The position numbers and the translations under genes were made by a program. The notes below the pieces were generated by a model. It saw only the letters and a program-made list of their open reading frames with translations, made no database searches and had not been told where the DNA came from. This document shows, in pieces, positions 6,745-8,405 of a DNA stretch of 8,405 nucleotides (positions are counted from its first letter, which is position 1; the number at the start of each line of letters is the position of its first letter). The stretch lies in assembly GCF_035285525.1 (NCBI RefSeq), contig NZ_JAYKGW010000190.1, forward strand, positions 1 through 8,405, read 5' to 3'. Source of the stretch: Okeania sp. Its GTDB lineage: Bacteria; Cyanobacteriota; Cyanobacteriia; Cyanobacteriales; Microcoleaceae.

Positions 6745-6816
6745 TAGGAGGACTAGGAGGACTAGGAGGACTAGGAAGACTAGGAGGACTAGGAGGACTA
6801 GGAGGACTAGGAGGAC
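6745..6816. repeat. Nonamer tandem array, (TAGGAGGAC)x8
   Basis: There are eight contiguous 9-bp units, seven identical and one variant (TAGGAAGAC at 6772-6780), preceded by a partial TAGG (6741-6744). The array lies 106-177 nt upstream of the ATG at 6639 on the minus strand. Confidence 0.95.
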
Positions 6817-6855
6817 AAATCTATTGCACCATTTAAGGTGAAACAGTCCAGTAAG

Positions 6856-6880
6856 GTGCGTTACGCTGACGCTAACGCAC
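6856..6880. repeat. Hairpin-type dispersed repeat GTGCGTTA-N9-TAACGCAC
   Basis: The perfect 8-bp arms are at 6856-6863 and 6873-6880. A related copy is at 7012-7035. Confidence 0.6.
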
Positions 6881-7011
6881 TAAGAATCTATATATAGTAC
6901 CTTTCCCTAAGTCCTGACGTTTTTATAATAGCTGGTAGAGAAGAAAATCTGGAAATTACTATCTGATTCCTGAGTTCTTTCTCTTGACTCATTCTGCACT
7001 CAAGTATTTCA

Positions 7012-7035
7012 GTGCGTTACGCTTCGCTAACACAC
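7012..7035. repeat. Second, slightly degenerate copy of the GTGCGTTACGC..GCTAAC(G/A)CAC hairpin repeat
   Basis: GTGCGTTACGCTTCGCTAACACAC. There is one arm mismatch relative to 6856-6880. Confidence 0.45.
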
Positions 7036-7588
7036 CCTACTAGACTGGGAGAAATAAAATCGTCTCTTTCTTGTCTGGCAATATAACCTCTTTCTGTTAC
7101 CATGTCTGCGATTTTGATACAAAAGTCAGTTAAAGTTTCTAAGACTTCTTTGCGGTCTAGTTGAAATTGCTTCTATTATTGATTAGACAGTAAAAAGTTC
7201 TAGGAATCATTATTACTAGCTAAGACTTTCAGCTATTTAAACGATAAAAACTTTAGATTCGGAAGTTTAAGTGCTGTAAACCTTTTCTCATAATACTTTC
7301 AGTATACTCTCCAATTCTAAATTCTAAATTTGTACTCTCTAGTCATTTCATATTCCTAAAACATTAAATACTGTTAATAAATATTAAATTATTTAACTGT
7401 TTAAAAATCAATGTAAATTATGCAGTAAATAACAAATTTTTTGCATAGTTTTTTTGCATAATTATTGAATTTTAAATAGCACAATTTTTAGGAAAATTTC
7501 TGTCTTAATAATTATGTCAAACTCCCTACTGAAAAGCGGTTTATATCTGAAGCGCGAAAAATAAAAAAAATTAATTTTATCAAAAGGG

Positions 7589-7617
7589 TTGACAACTTAT
7601 TTTCTTTTGTTTAATGT
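7589..7617 (+). promoter_or_regulatory. Candidate sigma70-type promoter, TTGACA-17 nt-TAATGT
   Basis: There is a perfect -35 hexamer TTGACA (7589-7594), a 17-nt spacer and TAATGT (7612-7617). About 400 bp of very AT-rich DNA lies upstream. The predicted TSS is near 7624, which gives a ~215-nt leader before ATG 7841. This call rests on motif matching only. Confidence 0.3.
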
Positions 7618-7694
7618 GGTGACAACTATCCGGATAATAACAGCACATTCCATTTGGCTGAGGTACAGTCATTTGCAGTTCAGCCTTCGCCGAT

Positions 7695-7768
7695 TGTAAC
7701 AAGCAGGATGCTTATTCTACAGGTAACACAGGCTTCCAGGGTGTAACAAGCAATATGCTTGTGTTACA
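7695..7768 (+). promoter_or_regulatory. Duplicated palindromic box TGTAACAAGCA-N3-TGCTT (operator-like site or leader RNA hairpins)
   Basis: The boxes at 7695-7713 (TGTAACAAGCAGGATGCTT) and 7742-7760 (TGTAACAAGCAATATGCTT) match at 17 of 19 positions and are 47 bp apart. Each contains AAGCA-N3-TGCTT. The second extends to a 7-bp stem, ACAAGCA/TGCTTGT. Extra GTAACA/TGTTAC hexamers occur at 7723 and 7762. Confidence 0.3.
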
Positions 7769-7787
7769 AGTAATTTACATAACATAT

Positions 7788-7808
7788 TGTGGAGCGATCG
7801 CTTCCACA
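7788..7808. repeat. HIP1 octamer GCGATCGC (7794-7801) inside a 21-nt imperfect palindrome
   Basis: TGTGGAGCGATCGCTTCCACA. HIP1 is the highly iterated palindrome characteristic of many cyanobacterial genomes. Confidence 0.8.
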
Positions 7809-7840
7809 AAAGTTACGTTTGTTAATTGTTGAAAGAGATT

Positions 7841-7966
7841 ATGAATATATTAAAAAATTCACTGGAACTTGACTTTCCAAACGAAAATTACATCGGACTT
7901 TTTCCCGAAAGTGAAAATACCGAACCCCAATATTCGGGAATGTCTGGCGCTGAAAGTAACCAATAA
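7841..7966 (+). CDS. 41-codon ORF in the same frame as the downstream PPC-domain reading frame, probably the severed original 5' end of that gene
   Basis: It runs from ATG 7841 to TAA 7964-7966 and encodes MNILKNSLELDFPNENYIGLFPESENTEPQYSGMSGAESNQ*. The same frame reopens immediately after the stop. Confidence 0.25.
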   Translation: MNILKNSLELDFPNENYIGLFPESENTEPQYSGMSGAESNQ

Positions 7967-8405
7967 ATAATTATTCTTCCGACTAACAATGATGATGATA
8001 TAATCTGGCAAACAAATGACCTAGGAATTCTTCCTCGGAGCAGCAGTTTCAGTTCGGAAGGAGGAGAAGATATTTTAGGCAAATCAGAAAATGGCGTCGA
8101 GACTCCAGACGAATTAATAAATCTTATAACAAAGCGCAATGGCAAAATTTCCGACCCTGGAAATGATAAAGAAGAGGCTTTTGATATTGGAAATTTGACT
8201 AAAAATTTTAATATTGAAGAGTCTGTAGGTAAGAAAAATAAACTAGACTATTACAAATTAACAGTAGAAGAAACAACGGAAATAGTTGCTAAATTAACTG
8301 GTTTGACGGGAAATGTAGATTTTTATTTAGAACCAGAAGAAGGTAAAGTAATTAAGTCGAAAAATGGTGGTAAAAAGGATGAAGAAATAACTACGACTTT
8401 GGAAC
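7967..8405 (+). CDS. PPC (bacterial pre-peptidase C-terminal)-like domain protein, 3'-truncated by the window, with an unresolved start (possible pseudogene)
   Basis: There are 146 stop-free codons in AT-rich DNA, open to the right edge. The sequence ...GNDKEEAFDIGNLTKNFNIEESVGKKNKLDYYKLTVEETTEIVAKLTGLTGNVDFYLEPEEGKVIKSKNGGKKDEEITTTLE fits the PPC pattern (G-N-x..A-x-D-I-G, D-Y-Y-x-L/F, L-x-G-L-x-x-x-x-D-L/F-x-L, G-x-x-I-x-S). There is no in-frame ATG or GTG. The first canonical start is TTG 8195, which falls inside the domain. Confidence 0.7.
   Translation, partial: MIILPTNNDDDIIWQTNDLGILPRSSSFSSEGGEDILGKSENGVETPDELINLITKRNGKISDPGNDKEEAFDIGNLTKNFNIEESVGKKNKLDYYKLTVEETTEIVAKLTGLTGNVDFYLEPEEGKVIKSKNGGKKDEEITTTLE

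Noticed and set aside
7017-7172. 51 open codons on the minus strand (KQFQLDRKEVLETLTDFCIKIADMVTERGYIARQERDDFISPSLVGCVSEA*)
   Set aside because: The composition is protein-like, but the frame is preceded by two stops and has only an internal ATG, which would give 28 aa. Its end is the translation of the hairpin repeat at 7012-7035. At best it is a gene remnant, and BLASTX would be needed to decide.
7743-7776. Possible NtcA site (GTA-N8-TAC type) in the PPC-gene leader
   Set aside because: The best candidates are GTAACAAGCAATAT (GTA-N8-TAT) and GTAATTTACATAAC (GTA-N8-AAC). Neither matches the consensus, and the spacing to a TAN3T -10 box (TAATTT at 7771-7776) is about 14 nt rather than about 22 nt.
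7888-8145. 85-aa minus-strand ORF from the track
   Set aside because: It is antisense to the plus-strand frame that stays open to the window edge and carries a recognisable PPC-like domain, so it is a shadow ORF.
1-8405. tRNA, rRNA or known riboswitch genes
   Set aside because: I found no GTTCGAATC-type T-arm with a matching acceptor stem, no rRNA-like conserved blocks, and no recognisable riboswitch core in the long leaders. Visual scanning is weak for this, and Infernal/Rfam and tRNAscan-SE would be the decisive checks.

Overview
This is an AT-rich, repeat-laden segment that looks like a filamentous (Nostocales-type) cyanobacterial genome. The supporting marks are one perfect HIP1 octamer (GCGATCGC), several heptamer tandem arrays of the STRR kind, GC-rich palindromic small dispersed repeats, and an IS630-type transposase N-terminus at the left edge. 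By my count only about 53% of the window is coding. There are four complete CDSs, all on the minus strand. They are a 144-aa cytoplasmic ORFan (613-1047), a 778-aa GAF-domain protein with a large C-terminal module of unknown function (1626-3962), a 199-aa signal-peptide protein (4968-5567) and a 144-aa three-TM membrane protein (6205-6639). Two edge-truncated genes are missing from the ORF track. One is the first 22 codons of an IS630-family transposase ORF (1-68, minus). The other is a plus-strand gene with a PPC (pre-peptidase C-terminal)-like domain that runs off the right edge (7967-8405). Its only ATG (7841) is cut off from it by a single in-frame TAA. The long spacers hold two adjacent TA-flanked MITE-like elements of about 135 bp, a 72-bp hairpin element with 8-bp flanking direct repeats, and a ~155-bp dispersed element present twice. 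They also hold a (CCTTCTT)n array fused to a stop codon, a (TAGGAGGAC)x8 array made of consensus SD units, and a duplicated palindromic box in the leader of the PPC gene. I see no rRNA, tRNA, CRISPR array or recognisable defence or biosynthetic operon. The most interesting items are the uncharacterised GAF protein, the mobile or structured micro-elements, and signs of gene decay. None can be called a new system from sequence alone.
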